Below are positions 32,530 through 41,339 of a stretch of 64,000 nucleotides of DNA, in pieces (within the stretch, counting starts at the first letter, position 1; every line of letters begins with the position of its first letter). The DNA is from an uncultured bacterium (lineage in GTDB: Bacteria; Verrucomicrobiota; Verrucomicrobiia; Limisphaerales; UBA8199). The stretch lies in assembly GCA_963749495.1 (NCBI GenBank), contig CAVVMW010000022.1, positions 512,001-576,000 on the forward strand. Direction: 5' to 3'. Made by a program: the position numbers and the translations under genes. The notes under the pieces are model-generated. The model saw nothing but the letters and a program-made list of their open reading frames with translations, was not told the DNA's origin and ran no database searches.

Positions 32530-35500
32530 ATGACCGAGACCATAGCGACCCGAAGCGGGCTGGCGCTGGAAGTCGGCGCGCAGGCGCGCGAGCAGACCAT
32601 CGAGATCCATCTCCGGCTCAAGAGCCAGCGCAATTGCGTGCTGCACTGGGGCCTGAGGCAACCGGGCCAGGAGGGCTGGCGGCTGCCGCCCCAGGAGGCC
32701 TGGCCTGCCCGGACCCAGTTGGCAGGAGCTGCTGCGCAGACTCCCTTTGCGCGAGAGGATGGCCAGGAGACCGTTCTGATTCGCCTGCAGGCACCGGCCG
32801 CCTACTCGTCTCTGGATTTTGTCCTGTTCTTTCCGGACCAGCGGGCCTGGGACAACAATGGCGGCCAGAATTATCGCATCCAACTCCCCGGAGGCGCGCC
32901 GCCGGCCCTTCAACTGGATTCGGCCCTCAAGCAATACATCGGCCAGAAGAAGGCCCTGTTCCAGCGCGTGTTCGAGGTCGAGCCCCACGGGCGCCTGGCG
33001 GTGGTGGCCACTCGGGAGGACGGGCGTTTCGCGGTCCAGATGCTCAGCGACATCCCCGGGCTGCTGCTGCACTGGGGCATCGCCCGTTATTCGTCCTATG
33101 AGTGGTTTGCCCCGCCCCCGGCGCTCCGTCCGGAGGGGACGACGCTCTGGGAGGGCCACACGGCCCAGACGCCTTTCACCACGCAGGAGGGCCTGAGCCG
33201 GCTGCGGCTGGAGATACCCGAGGCCGAGGCGCCGATGGGGCTCCAATTCGTGCTCAAACAAACCGAACCCAGTCGCTGGTTGCGCTACCGCGGCGGCAAC
33301 TTCTTCGTCCCCGTCCGGGCCGACTACGAGCAAAAGGCCGGGGTCAGCTCGCCGGAGTTGGCCGGCATCATGAACCAGATTGTCCAGGAGGAGATGGGCC
33401 GGAATTCCTGGACGCTCATGCACCGGTTCAATCTCTGCCACGACCTGCTGGACCGGGTGGCGGGCAACGCCGACGGTCTGGCCCTGCTTTTTGTCTGGCT
33501 GCGCTACTCAGCCCTGCGCCAGCTCACCTGGCAGCGCAACTACAACACCCAGCCCCGCGAATTGAGCCACGCCCAGGACCGGCTCACGCAGAAGCTCGCC
33601 CAGTTCTACGGCCAGGACCCGCCCAACCGCCCGCTGCTGCGCCTCATGCTGGCCAGCGTCGGCCCTGGCGGCGAAGGCCAGCGCATCCGCGACGAGATCC
33701 TCAACATCATGCACCGCCACCATGTCAAGGAAGTCTCCGGCCACTTCCTGGAAGAATGGCATCAGAAGCTCCACAACAACACGACCCCCGACGACATCGT
33801 CTTGTGCGAGGCCTACCTCGAGTTCCTTTACTCCAACGGCAACCTCGACCGCTTCTACGAAAAACTCCAGGAAGGCGGCGTCACCCGCGACCGCCTCCAG
33901 GGCTTCGAGCGCCCCATCCGCAGCAACCCCGATTTTGTCCCCCACCTCAAGGACGCCCTCATCCCGGATTTCCAGAATTTCCTGCGCGTCCTGCGCTCCG
34001 TCCATGGCGGCACCGACCTCGAGACGGCCATTCATGCCGCCCACTCTCAGTGCGACGGCGATACCCAGGGCCTGCTCTGGCGCATCTGGGAGCATCGCGA
34101 CGGGCAGGTGTCGCTGGTGGACCTGGCGGCGGAGATCACCGAGGCGCGCCGCCGCTTGCAGCCGCGCCTGGCGGGCGGCGCCTCCGCCCGCGCCCTGCTC
34201 TACCTGGACCTGGCCCTCGAGCAATTCCTGCGCCTCATGGTCGAGCGCAACCTCCAGCAGGTGACCGGCGGCGACGCGATGGTCGATCTCATCGCGCACG
34301 TGATCGAGAACCGCCTCCTTTCCACCGAAGACCAGGAACTGGCGGCCTGCCGCAGCCACTGGCTGCGGCTCAAGCAGCAGCCGCGCCTGGGCGCCGACTG
34401 GTCGCTCCACGCCAAATCGGTCGTCGACCGCATCGGGCGCGTGCTCAGCGGGTTGATCGACCGGACCTACCAGATGCTGCAGCCCAAGGCCGAGTGGCTG
34501 GGCCACGGCTTTCACGCGGAGGCCTGGGTAGTGACGCTCTTCAGCGAGGAGGTCGTGCGAGGCAGCAGCCTGGACTTTGTGCTCTCGCTGCTGCTGCGGC
34601 GGCTGGAGCCGCTCCTGCGCCAGGCCGCGCACCTGGGCCATTGGCAGGTCGTCAGCCGCGGCGCCGGCGCCGGCTTCGTCCAGGTCGTTGACCACCTCCG
34701 CGCCGTCCAGGGCAAGACCTTCGATCGCCCCACCGTCGTCGTCGCCGAGCAGGTCAGCGGCGACGAGGAAATCCCGGAGGCCGTGGCGGCGGTCATTGCG
34801 CCGGATGTGACCGACATCGTCTCGCACGTGGCAGTGCGGGCGCGCAACGCCGGCCTGCTCTTTGCCTCCTGTTATGACGCCGAGACTTTCAATCGGCTCA
34901 AGGCCCTCCAGGGCCGCGCGGTCCGCTTGCAGGTCAGCCCCAGCGGCGATGTCCTGATCGAGGAGACAGGTTCGGCCGAGACCCCGCCACGGCCACGCGC
35001 GCCCCAGGTCCGCCCGGCCAAGATCCGGCCCCCGTCCGAGGCCTGGGTGCTGGAGGCAACCCAGTTCGACCCCTCGGCCACCGGCGCCAAGGCCATCAAC
35101 CTGGTAGGGCTGGACGGCAAACTCCCCGGCTGGGTCAGGCGGCCCGCCTCCCTGGCCATCCCCTTCGGCGTCTGCGAGCGCGTGCTGGGCGCGGCGCAAA
35201 ACCGTGCTCTTGCGCAGCAGCACGCCGCGTTGCTCGAGCAGGCCCGGACCGACCCGGCGCGGGCCTTGCCCGCTTTGCGCGGGGTCATGCTCCGGCTCAA
35301 GGCCCCGCCCGAGCTGGCTGCGGCGCTGGCCCAAAAGGCGGCCGGCGCGGGCCTGCCCTGGCCAAAGGACCAGGACTGGGAGGGGGCCTGGCAGTGCATC
35401 AAGCGGGTTTGGGCCTCAAAGTGGAACGACCGCGCCTTCTACAGCCGCCGCACCCAGGGCATCCCCCAGGAGGACCTGCTGATGGCGGTGCTCGTTCAGC

Positions 35501-36003
35501 AAGTCGTCGAGGCCGACTATGCTTTTGTGATTCACACCGTCAACCCCTTCACGGGCAACCGCCAGGAACTCTACATCGAGGCGGTGCTGGGCCTGGGCGA
35601 GACCCTGGTGGGCAACTATCCCGGCCGCGCCCTGAGCGCCCTCTACGACCGCAACTCGAGGGCCCTCACCCTCTTGAGCTATCCGGGCAAGAGCCTGGCC
35701 CTGCGCGGCGGCGGCCTGATCTTCCGCTCCGACTCCAACGGCGAGGATCTCGCCGGGTTCGCCGGCGCCGGGCTCTACGACAGCGTCCTGCTCCCCGCAC
35801 CGCAGGCCACGATGGTGGATTACTCCAACGAACGATTGGTCTGGGACGAATCCTTCCGCCGCAACCTGCTCCAGCGCATCGCCGAACTGGGCCTCGCCGT
35901 GGAATCCGCCCTGGGCGCCCCCCAGGACATCGAAGGCGCAGTCAGCAAATCCGATTATTTTGTCGTCCAGACCCGCCCGCAGGTCGGGCTGGAGCACACC
36001 TGA
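32530..36003 (+). CDS. alpha-glucan water dikinase (GWD1/R1)-like protein
   Basis: Two CBM45-like repeats (LHWG...W..PP...QTPF...FVL); LMHRFN, RQLTWQRNYNTQPRE, GQRIRDEIL, EEWHQKLHNNTTPDD; phospho-His DIVSHVAVRARN; VWASKWNDRA, FRSDSNGEDLAGFAGAGLYDS, QDIEG, VQTRPQ. Confidence 0.9.
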   Translation: MTETIATRSGLALEVGAQAREQTIEIHLRLKSQRNCVLHWGLRQPGQEGWRLPPQEAWPARTQLAGAAAQTPFAREDGQETVLIRLQAPAAYSSLDFVLFFPDQRAWDNNGGQNYRIQLPGGAPPALQLDSALKQYIGQKKALFQRVFEVEPHGRLAVVATREDGRFAVQMLSDIPGLLLHWGIARYSSYEWFAPPPALRPEGTTLWEGHTAQTPFTTQEGLSRLRLEIPEAEAPMGLQFVLKQTEPSRWLRYRGGNFFVPVRADYEQKAGVSSPELAGIMNQIVQEEMGRNSWTLMHRFNLCHDLLDRVAGNADGLALLFVWLRYSALRQLTWQRNYNTQPRELSHAQDRLTQKLAQFYGQDPPNRPLLRLMLASVGPGGEGQRIRDEILNIMHRHHVKEVSGHFLEEWHQKLHNNTTPDDIVLCEAYLEFLYSNGNLDRFYEKLQEGGVTRDRLQGFERPIRSNPDFVPHLKDALIPDFQNFLRVLRSVHGGTDLETAIHAAHSQCDGDTQGLLWRIWEHRDGQVSLVDLAAEITEARRRLQPRLAGGASARALLYLDLALEQFLRLMVERNLQQVTGGDAMVDLIAHVIENRLLSTEDQELAACRSHWLRLKQQPRLGADWSLHAKSVVDRIGRVLSGLIDRTYQMLQPKAEWLGHGFHAEAWVVTLFSEEVVRGSSLDFVLSLLLRRLEPLLRQAAHLGHWQVVSRGAGAGFVQVVDHLRAVQGKTFDRPTVVVAEQVSGDEEIPEAVAAVIAPDVTDIVSHVAVRARNAGLLFASCYDAETFNRLKALQGRAVRLQVSPSGDVLIEETGSAETPPRPRAPQVRPAKIRPPSEAWVLEATQFDPSATGAKAINLVGLDGKLPGWVRRPASLAIPFGVCERVLGAAQNRALAQQHAALLEQARTDPARALPALRGVMLRLKAPPELAAALAQKAAGAGLPWPKDQDWEGAWQCIKRVWASKWNDRAFYSRRTQGIPQEDLLMAVLVQQVVEADYAFVIHTVNPFTGNRQELYIEAVLGLGETLVGNYPGRALSALYDRNSRALTLLSYPGKSLALRGGGLIFRSDSNGEDLAGFAGAGLYDSVLLPAPQATMVDYSNERLVWDESFRRNLLQRIAELGLAVESALGAPQDIEGAVSKSDYFVVQTRPQVGLEHT

Positions 36004-36160
36004 GTGTTCCGCTGAAATCGAGTTGTGCAAAGAGGCCGCCGCCGGTGCGTTTCTGGATCGTTTCGGCCACTTCAGCGACGCCCAGGAGAAACGCCTGGTC
36101 GAGCTGCGGGCTACGCTCGCCGCGCTGATGGAGGAGTAATGACCCCCAATTTCGGACCTT

Positions 36161-36234
36161 TTTCGCTGGTGGTGTCGCCGCCTTTGTCGAACAAGGGCCG
36201 ACTCGAGGAAGGCTGCGACAAAGGTTGCGACGAA
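36161..36234. repeat. repeat family D copy
   Basis: GCCTTTGTCG...GCGACAAAGGTTGCGACGAAG. Confidence 0.7.
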
Positions 36235-36267
36235 GTTCTCGTTGCTGGTTTGCGCCCGGGATGCGTG

Positions 36268-37110
36268 TCAGTGACCCGTGCGAGCCTGCACCTTCTCCAG
36301 CAGCGTGGCGATGGTACGGCGTGGCGATGGGGCGGGCTGTTTGGCATGTGCCGGAGCTGGGCGGAAGTGGAGCAGGCGCTGCTGGAACTGGTGGGCGAGG
36401 TTGGGTTCGCCGCGCGCGAGGCGCAGTAGAAATTGATCGCGCTCGGCGGCCGGGATCTGGCGCAACAGCGTCTCATAATCCGCCGGTTTGGGAGTGGGCA
36501 GTGAGGGGCTGGCTTGAGCCGCTACCTTGACCAAATCCTCCTCAAGTTCGAGAAAGTCGGCCAAGGCCCGCAGGGGACGGGTCAGTTTGCCCAGATTCGG
36601 CGGGACCGGCGGTTCCACGGGAGCCGATTCTTCATCGTCGTAAGGGAGCAGTTGAGCGCATCGGAGCCATGCCAGGTAAAGGGGACGGCAATCCCCCTCG
36701 AGCAACGATTGCCGGAGGGGCAGGAGCGGCGCCAGCATACCCTCGCCCTCGACCCACTCACCCGACGGTTCGTCGTCCACCCTGATGTTGACCACGAGGC
36801 GCTCGCCCCTGGTCTGAACGGAGATTGCGTCCTCCAGGCAATAGGGCTTGAGGGTGGCGGCTTTTACGCCGGTGCGAGGCAGGCGGTACATGAGCTGGCG
36901 CGAGCCAAAATTCGTCACATAAAGCATGGCATCGAAGTAACGCGCCAGGATCTCCTCCGCCTCGGCGGGGAAGTCACCATAGTTGTATGTGAAAATCGCG
37001 CTGGTGGAGGTCATTTCGACCCGGCTGGAGAGCGCCCCGACCTTATCCTGCTCCTGCGATGTGAGCGGTCGATCCACCGCTTGAAATTCATAGAATTGAT
37101 ATTCGCTCAT
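36268..37110 (-). CDS. conserved hypothetical protein (MSEYQxYEF family), possibly C-terminally truncated
   Basis: MSEYQFYEFQAVDRPLT..SSRVEMT...YNYGDF...YFDAMLY..NFG...GDCRPLYLAWL...PPVPPNL. Confidence 0.75.
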   Translation of the reverse strand: MSEYQFYEFQAVDRPLTSQEQDKVGALSSRVEMTSTSAIFTYNYGDFPAEAEEILARYFDAMLYVTNFGSRQLMYRLPRTGVKAATLKPYCLEDAISVQTRGERLVVNIRVDDEPSGEWVEGEGMLAPLLPLRQSLLEGDCRPLYLAWLRCAQLLPYDDEESAPVEPPVPPNLGKLTRPLRALADFLELEEDLVKVAAQASPSLPTPKPADYETLLRQIPAAERDQFLLRLARGEPNLAHQFQQRLLHFRPAPAHAKQPAPSPRRTIATLLEKVQARTGH

Positions 37111-37159
37111 AGCTGCTGGCGAAGACTGGCCGAAAACGACCCGCGACGCAATCAAAGAG

Positions 37160-37355
37160 GAAACCACGGAACACACGGAGAACCAGAGGTGGGCGATTTC
37201 CCTGCCGTTTGTTCCGTGGTTTCCTGTTCGGCTGCGCGTGGCCGACTTTGCATTGCTATAATCGAAGTTGCTCGCAGCCTGCGGAGATTCTTACCACGGA
37301 TTTCACGGATGACACGGATTCTTTTCTATCCGTGTAATCCGTGTAATCCGTGGTC
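37160..37355. repeat. inverted 9-bp tandem repeat hairpins (CACGGA..)n/(..TCCGTG)n
   Basis: ACCACGGAACACACGGA...TTCCGTGGT and CCACGGATTTCACGGATGACACGGAT...ATCCGTGTAATCCGTGTAATCCGTGG. Confidence 0.75.
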
Positions 37356-37427
37356 CGTTCCACTCTTGGTTGCGGCTGCGCTGCTCTGCGTTCTTTGCGT
37401 CTCTGTGTTTTGACTACCCTATCGCAC

Positions 37428-38706
37428 TCACTTCTCTTTCCGTTCGGCGGGTTGGGCGCGCCGGGGCCCGGCGGCATGGAGGTGGATGAGCGCGGCGACG
37501 GCTTCGTCGCTGGCTTGGGAGGCGCCGCTCTGGTTGATGCAGACCAGGAGGGCGAAATCGCGGCGGGGGGCGACCCAGGCGTTGGCGAAGTTCATGGTGT
37601 TGTCGCCCGCGTGATTCAGGACGGTGCCGCCGCCCCAATCGCGTTCCACCGCCAGCCAGCCCAGGGCATAGTCTCCGCTAAAGGGCGGAGTGTGGAGCTT
37701 TTGGTAGCTGGCCGGCTGAAGCAGCGCGGGCTGGCCCCGCGCGCCGCGCAGTTGGTCCGCGACGAACCTGGCCCAGTCCTGGATGGTGCAATGGACGCGC
37801 CCGGCGGGGCTGAGCACGGGCGGGTTGTCCATGGCCGGGCCGTTGGTGGGCACAGGCTGCCCGTTGCGGCCATGGCCCCAGGGCTGGTCCACACTGCCGG
37901 GCGTGCCCGTGCCGCCGAAGCCAACGCTCGTCATGCCCAGCGGGCCGAACACCTCGTCCCGCATGGCCTGCTCCCAGGACTTGCCGGTGATTCTCTCGAT
38001 CATGGCGCCGACGATGCTGTATCCCAAATTCGAGTACCTCGTAGTGCGTGCCCGGCTCGTGCTTCGGGGCCTTGCTCAACTCATCCTTGACCACGCGCAA
38101 CCGCTCCTTGGCGCCGTCTGCGCCCCCATAGACCACCAGGTCAGGGTTCGGCTTGAGCCCGGAACGATGGGAGAGCAGTTGCAGCACGGTGATAGCCCGG
38201 GCCTCGGTGTGAAAGCCCGCCGAGAGGTCCGGGAAGATTTCCGCCGCGGTGCTGTCCCACCGGAGCCGTCCCTTTTCGACCAGCCTCGCCACCAGTGTGG
38301 CCGTCATGGCTTTGGTCTCGGACCCCAAGTGCCATTGGTCGTCGAGGCCCGCGGCGATTTCAGTTCCTTTCTTGCGCGTGCCCACTACGCCGGAGGTGAC
38401 CAACCCCTTGCTGGTGACGATAGCCGCTGCGATGGCGGGCAGGTGGTGCTTCTGGCGAATGGGCACGAGCAGGCTCGTCACCGCCGGGTCGCCGGTGGCC
38501 GGGCACAGGCCGTCCCTGGCGGGCGCCAGCTCGGGTTGCCCCGCTTCATAGGCCCACCCCGAAAAGACCGCGGCAGCGGCACAAAGCACAACGCCCCCCG
38601 TTGCGCCCAGCCACTTCGCGCCATCTCTTAGGGCGCGCCGGTGTCTCGTCCGGCATTTCATATTTCCATCCCACTGGCGAGCATTGTCGGTCTTCACCCC
38701 CTCCAT
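37428..38706 (-). CDS. serine hydrolase (beta-lactamase-related), +1 frameshift at ~38037
   Basis: LGSETKAMT (SxxK), LLSHRSGL; removing one G restores YEYSNLGY; SPAG, YALGW, HAGDN; start uncertain. Confidence 0.85.
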
Positions 38707-38789
38707 CCCCGGCGAAGTTGCTCACAATGTAACGGCAGAATAAGCAGACGGGCGCGCGACTGCAAGGCGGGGGTGTTTGAAAGACGGCC

Positions 38790-38975
38790 TGGCAGAAAAA
38801 TGAGATGGCAGAAAAATAGGAAAGAAACTCATTCCCGCGGCCTCATCTTTCTGCCCCCATTTTTCTGCCTCGTCTTTCGGGGTTGCCGGGCGTTCGTTTT
38901 TGGCCGAGTTGAGGCAGAAAAATGGGGGCAGAAAGATAAGAAAACCATTTCTCTGCCATCTCATTTTTCTGCCAG
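38790..38975. repeat. palindromic repeat of GGCAGAAAAATG/CATTTTTCTGCC units
   Basis: Four arm pairs; partial copy at 52797-52825. Confidence 0.8.
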
Positions 38976-39131
38976 AGCAGGTTTTGCTCTCCCGAAACGA
39001 AGAAACACGCGTAAAGCGGATCGGCAACAACATCGGCAATACGCCAGCCAATATCCCTCTATGAAAGCAACTGCATACTTGCCATCAGGCCAGTTATACA
39101 TTCTATTGGATCGGCAATCACATCGGCAAAA

Positions 39132-40349
39132 ATGACTCGAAAATCCGCCAGCAGGACGCGTTACGATCACCCATCGGACATGGAGCCGCTCCTGCCTGTC
39201 GAGAGCGACAGCCAATCATCGAGCCTGGCGTTGGCGCTCATACGCGGCGCCGAACGGCTCCGCGGTTCACTGCCCCCGGCCACTCGCAGCCTGGTGGCAC
39301 ACCTGGTGCGCTCGATGAACAGCTACTATTCGAACCTCATCGAGGGCCATCGCACCAGGCCGAGTGACATTGACGCCGCACTGAGAAGGGATTTTTCGGC
39401 GGACCTGGCTCAACGGTCCCTCCAGATGCTGCACCTGGCCCATATGGAAGCCCAGGCAGAGATGGAAGCCAGGGTGGCGGCCATGGCGGCGGGCGATATC
39501 TGCTCGACCGATTTTCTTTGCTGGTTGCACGAGCGGTTCTATCAGCGGCTGCCGGAAGAGTTGCGCATGGTCCAGGATGAAAAGGGAAAGCGCCACGAGG
39601 TCCAACCCGGCAAGCTCCGCCAGGGCGAGGTGAGTGTCGGGCGGCACATGGCGCCGGCGAGCAGGAACCTCGGCGCGTTCCTCAAGCGGTTCGCGGAGTT
39701 TTATGGTCCGTCGGTCGCGACCGAACCGGGCAGCCTGATCGCCGCCGCCGCCGCTCACCATCGGCTGACCTGGATCCATCCGTTCCTGGATGGCAACGGC
39801 CGCGTGGCCCGGCTCTTTACGCAGGCCTGGTTTGTGAAGGCGGGCACTGATAGTGATGGGCTTTGGACCGTCTCGCGGGGCCTGGCCCGGCGGAAGGCGG
39901 ATTACCAGGCTGCGCTTGCCGGAGCCGATGAAAAGCGGATGAACGATTACGACGGCCGCGGCTATCTCTCGCAGCGCTACCTGGGCGAATTCTGCCGGTT
40001 CTTCCTAGGCATCGCAGTCAACCAGGTCCGGTTCATGGGGGACCTGCTGGCCCTGGATGGCCTGCTCAACCGCATCGCCGGTTATGCCGGGCGGCGCGAG
40101 TCGGCCGAGGAGCTTCCGCGCGGCTCCGCGCGGGTGCTCACGGAGGTCTTTCTGCGCGGCGAAATCACGCGCGGCAACGCGTGCCGGATCATTGGCGTCT
40201 CGCCACGCACCGCGCAGAAGGTCACTGGCGAGCTGCTCTCCCAGCGGTTGCTCACCTCCGCCTCCCCGAAGGGACCGTTGCGCCTGGGTGTGCCTGGCGC
40301 CGCCGCCGCCCACTACTTTCCGGACCTGTATCCAGCGGGCGCGGACTAA
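39132..40349 (+). CDS. Fic family protein with N-terminal autoinhibitory motif
   Basis: HPFLDGNGRVAR Fic motif; SNLIEG matches (S/T)xxxE(G/N); HTH-like C-terminus. Confidence 0.92.
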   Translation: MTRKSASRTRYDHPSDMEPLLPVESDSQSSSLALALIRGAERLRGSLPPATRSLVAHLVRSMNSYYSNLIEGHRTRPSDIDAALRRDFSADLAQRSLQMLHLAHMEAQAEMEARVAAMAAGDICSTDFLCWLHERFYQRLPEELRMVQDEKGKRHEVQPGKLRQGEVSVGRHMAPASRNLGAFLKRFAEFYGPSVATEPGSLIAAAAAHHRLTWIHPFLDGNGRVARLFTQAWFVKAGTDSDGLWTVSRGLARRKADYQAALAGADEKRMNDYDGRGYLSQRYLGEFCRFFLGIAVNQVRFMGDLLALDGLLNRIAGYAGRRESAEELPRGSARVLTEVFLRGEITRGNACRIIGVSPRTAQKVTGELLSQRLLTSASPKGPLRLGVPGAAAAHYFPDLYPAGAD

Positions 40350-40394
40350 GTGGTCATGAACATAAATAGCGCCTGTCCCCAAAGCTCTGATTCC

Positions 40395-40480
40395 GGACCT
40401 TTGTCGCAGCCTGTGTCGGCAGCTTTGTCGAGAAATGGCCAATCCGACAAAGGTTACGACAAAGACTGCGACAAAGGTCC
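40395..40480. repeat. repeat family D copy
   Basis: GGACCTTTGTCGCAGCC...CGACAAAGGTTACGACAAAGACTGCGACAAAGGTCC. Confidence 0.8.
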
Positions 40481-40530
40481 CCCCCTCGGGGGGTTTTTGG
40501 GACAGGCTCTAAATACGATGACGGGGGTGC

Positions 40531-40567
40531 TTGACGGGAAGGGGGGCGTAAAACATAGTATTACAAC
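40531..40567 (+). promoter_or_regulatory. putative promoter/operator of the AbrB-Doc module (probably leaderless)
   Basis: TTGACG-N17-CATAGT, 8 nt before the ATG; GTAA...TTAC dyad overlaps the -10. Confidence 0.5.
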
Positions 40568-40795
40568 ATGGTCAAGACGATTCGCAAAGTCGGCAATTCG
40601 CAGGGCATCATCTTTGATTCGGCATTGATGGAATTGGCGCACCTCAAGCTCGGCGATGAAGTGAACGTAGAGGTCCACGTTGGCGGCACCGTCACGCTCA
40701 CACCCCTCCGGCCGAGGCCCTCGCGCGCGGAGGTCACCCGGGTCATCAAGTCCACATTGAAGGACTACGCGCGCACGATGAAGAGGCTCGCGTGA
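40568..40795 (+). CDS. AbrB/MazE-type antitoxin
   Basis: IRKVGNSQGIIFD...LKLGDEV; GTGA overlap with the toxin. Confidence 0.85.
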   Translation: MVKTIRKVGNSQGIIFDSALMELAHLKLGDEVNVEVHVGGTVTLTPLRPRPSRAEVTRVIKSTLKDYARTMKRLA

Positions 40796-41199
40796 AGCCC
40801 TCGCCGGACAATTGTTTCCACCTCACCGTGGAGATCGTGCGCGAGATTCACGCCCAGGCCATCGCGGAGTTCGGCGGCCCACACGGCGTGCGCGACGCGG
40901 CCTTGTTGGAATCCGCGGTGGCCGCGCCGCATGCGAGCGCGGGCGGGAAGTCGCCCTATGCCGACCTGGCGGAGGTGGCGGCGGCCTATCTGTACTACCT
41001 GTGCAGGAACCATCCGTTCGTCAACGGCAACAAGAGGGCGGCGCTCGGGGCGTGCATCGTGTTTCTCCGCCTGAACGGGTTGGAACCGCAAGCCGATGGA
41101 CCAGCATGGGAGCGCTTGGCCGTGTCGGTCGCGACAGGCGCCGTGGATCGCGCGGAGACAACGGCGCGCCTGCGCGGGTTATTGCCGAAAGAGACCTAA
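40792..41199 (+). CDS. doc: death-on-curing (Doc) family toxin
   Basis: GVRDAALLESAVAAP, NHPFVNGNKRAA. Confidence 0.9.
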   Translation: MKPSPDNCFHLTVEIVREIHAQAIAEFGGPHGVRDAALLESAVAAPHASAGGKSPYADLAEVAAAYLYYLCRNHPFVNGNKRAALGACIVFLRLNGLEPQADGPAWERLAVSVATGAVDRAETTARLRGLLPKET

Positions 41200-41339
41200 C
41201 CGCGAGGCAGAGCAGGAAAGCCGGCTCATTCTCTCCAAAATCAATTCACATTGTGACATTTCCTTTGCACACGCGCGGGCTTGCGTGAGGCAATTCCTCG
41301 TTGCACTCCGGGCCGGAGCCGGGTCACACTGGGGGCGGT

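Noticed and set aside
32530..36003. Calling the large ORF PEP synthase/PPDK
   Set aside because: Domain order and the CBM45-like and central motifs match GWD; there is no PEP/pyruvate-binding barrel
32530..36003. Eukaryotic contamination as the source of the GWD gene
   Set aside because: No introns or transit peptide, host-like codon style and bacterial flanks; read-level confirmation is still needed
16755..38040. Programmed frameshifting or phase variation in leuC, coaE, SNF2 and the hydrolase
   Set aside because: No slippery heptamers or long homopolymers at the sites; sequencing error is more parsimonious
37428..38706. Bona fide antibiotic-resistance beta-lactamase
   Set aside because: Generic serine hydrolase motifs only; the substrate cannot be inferred
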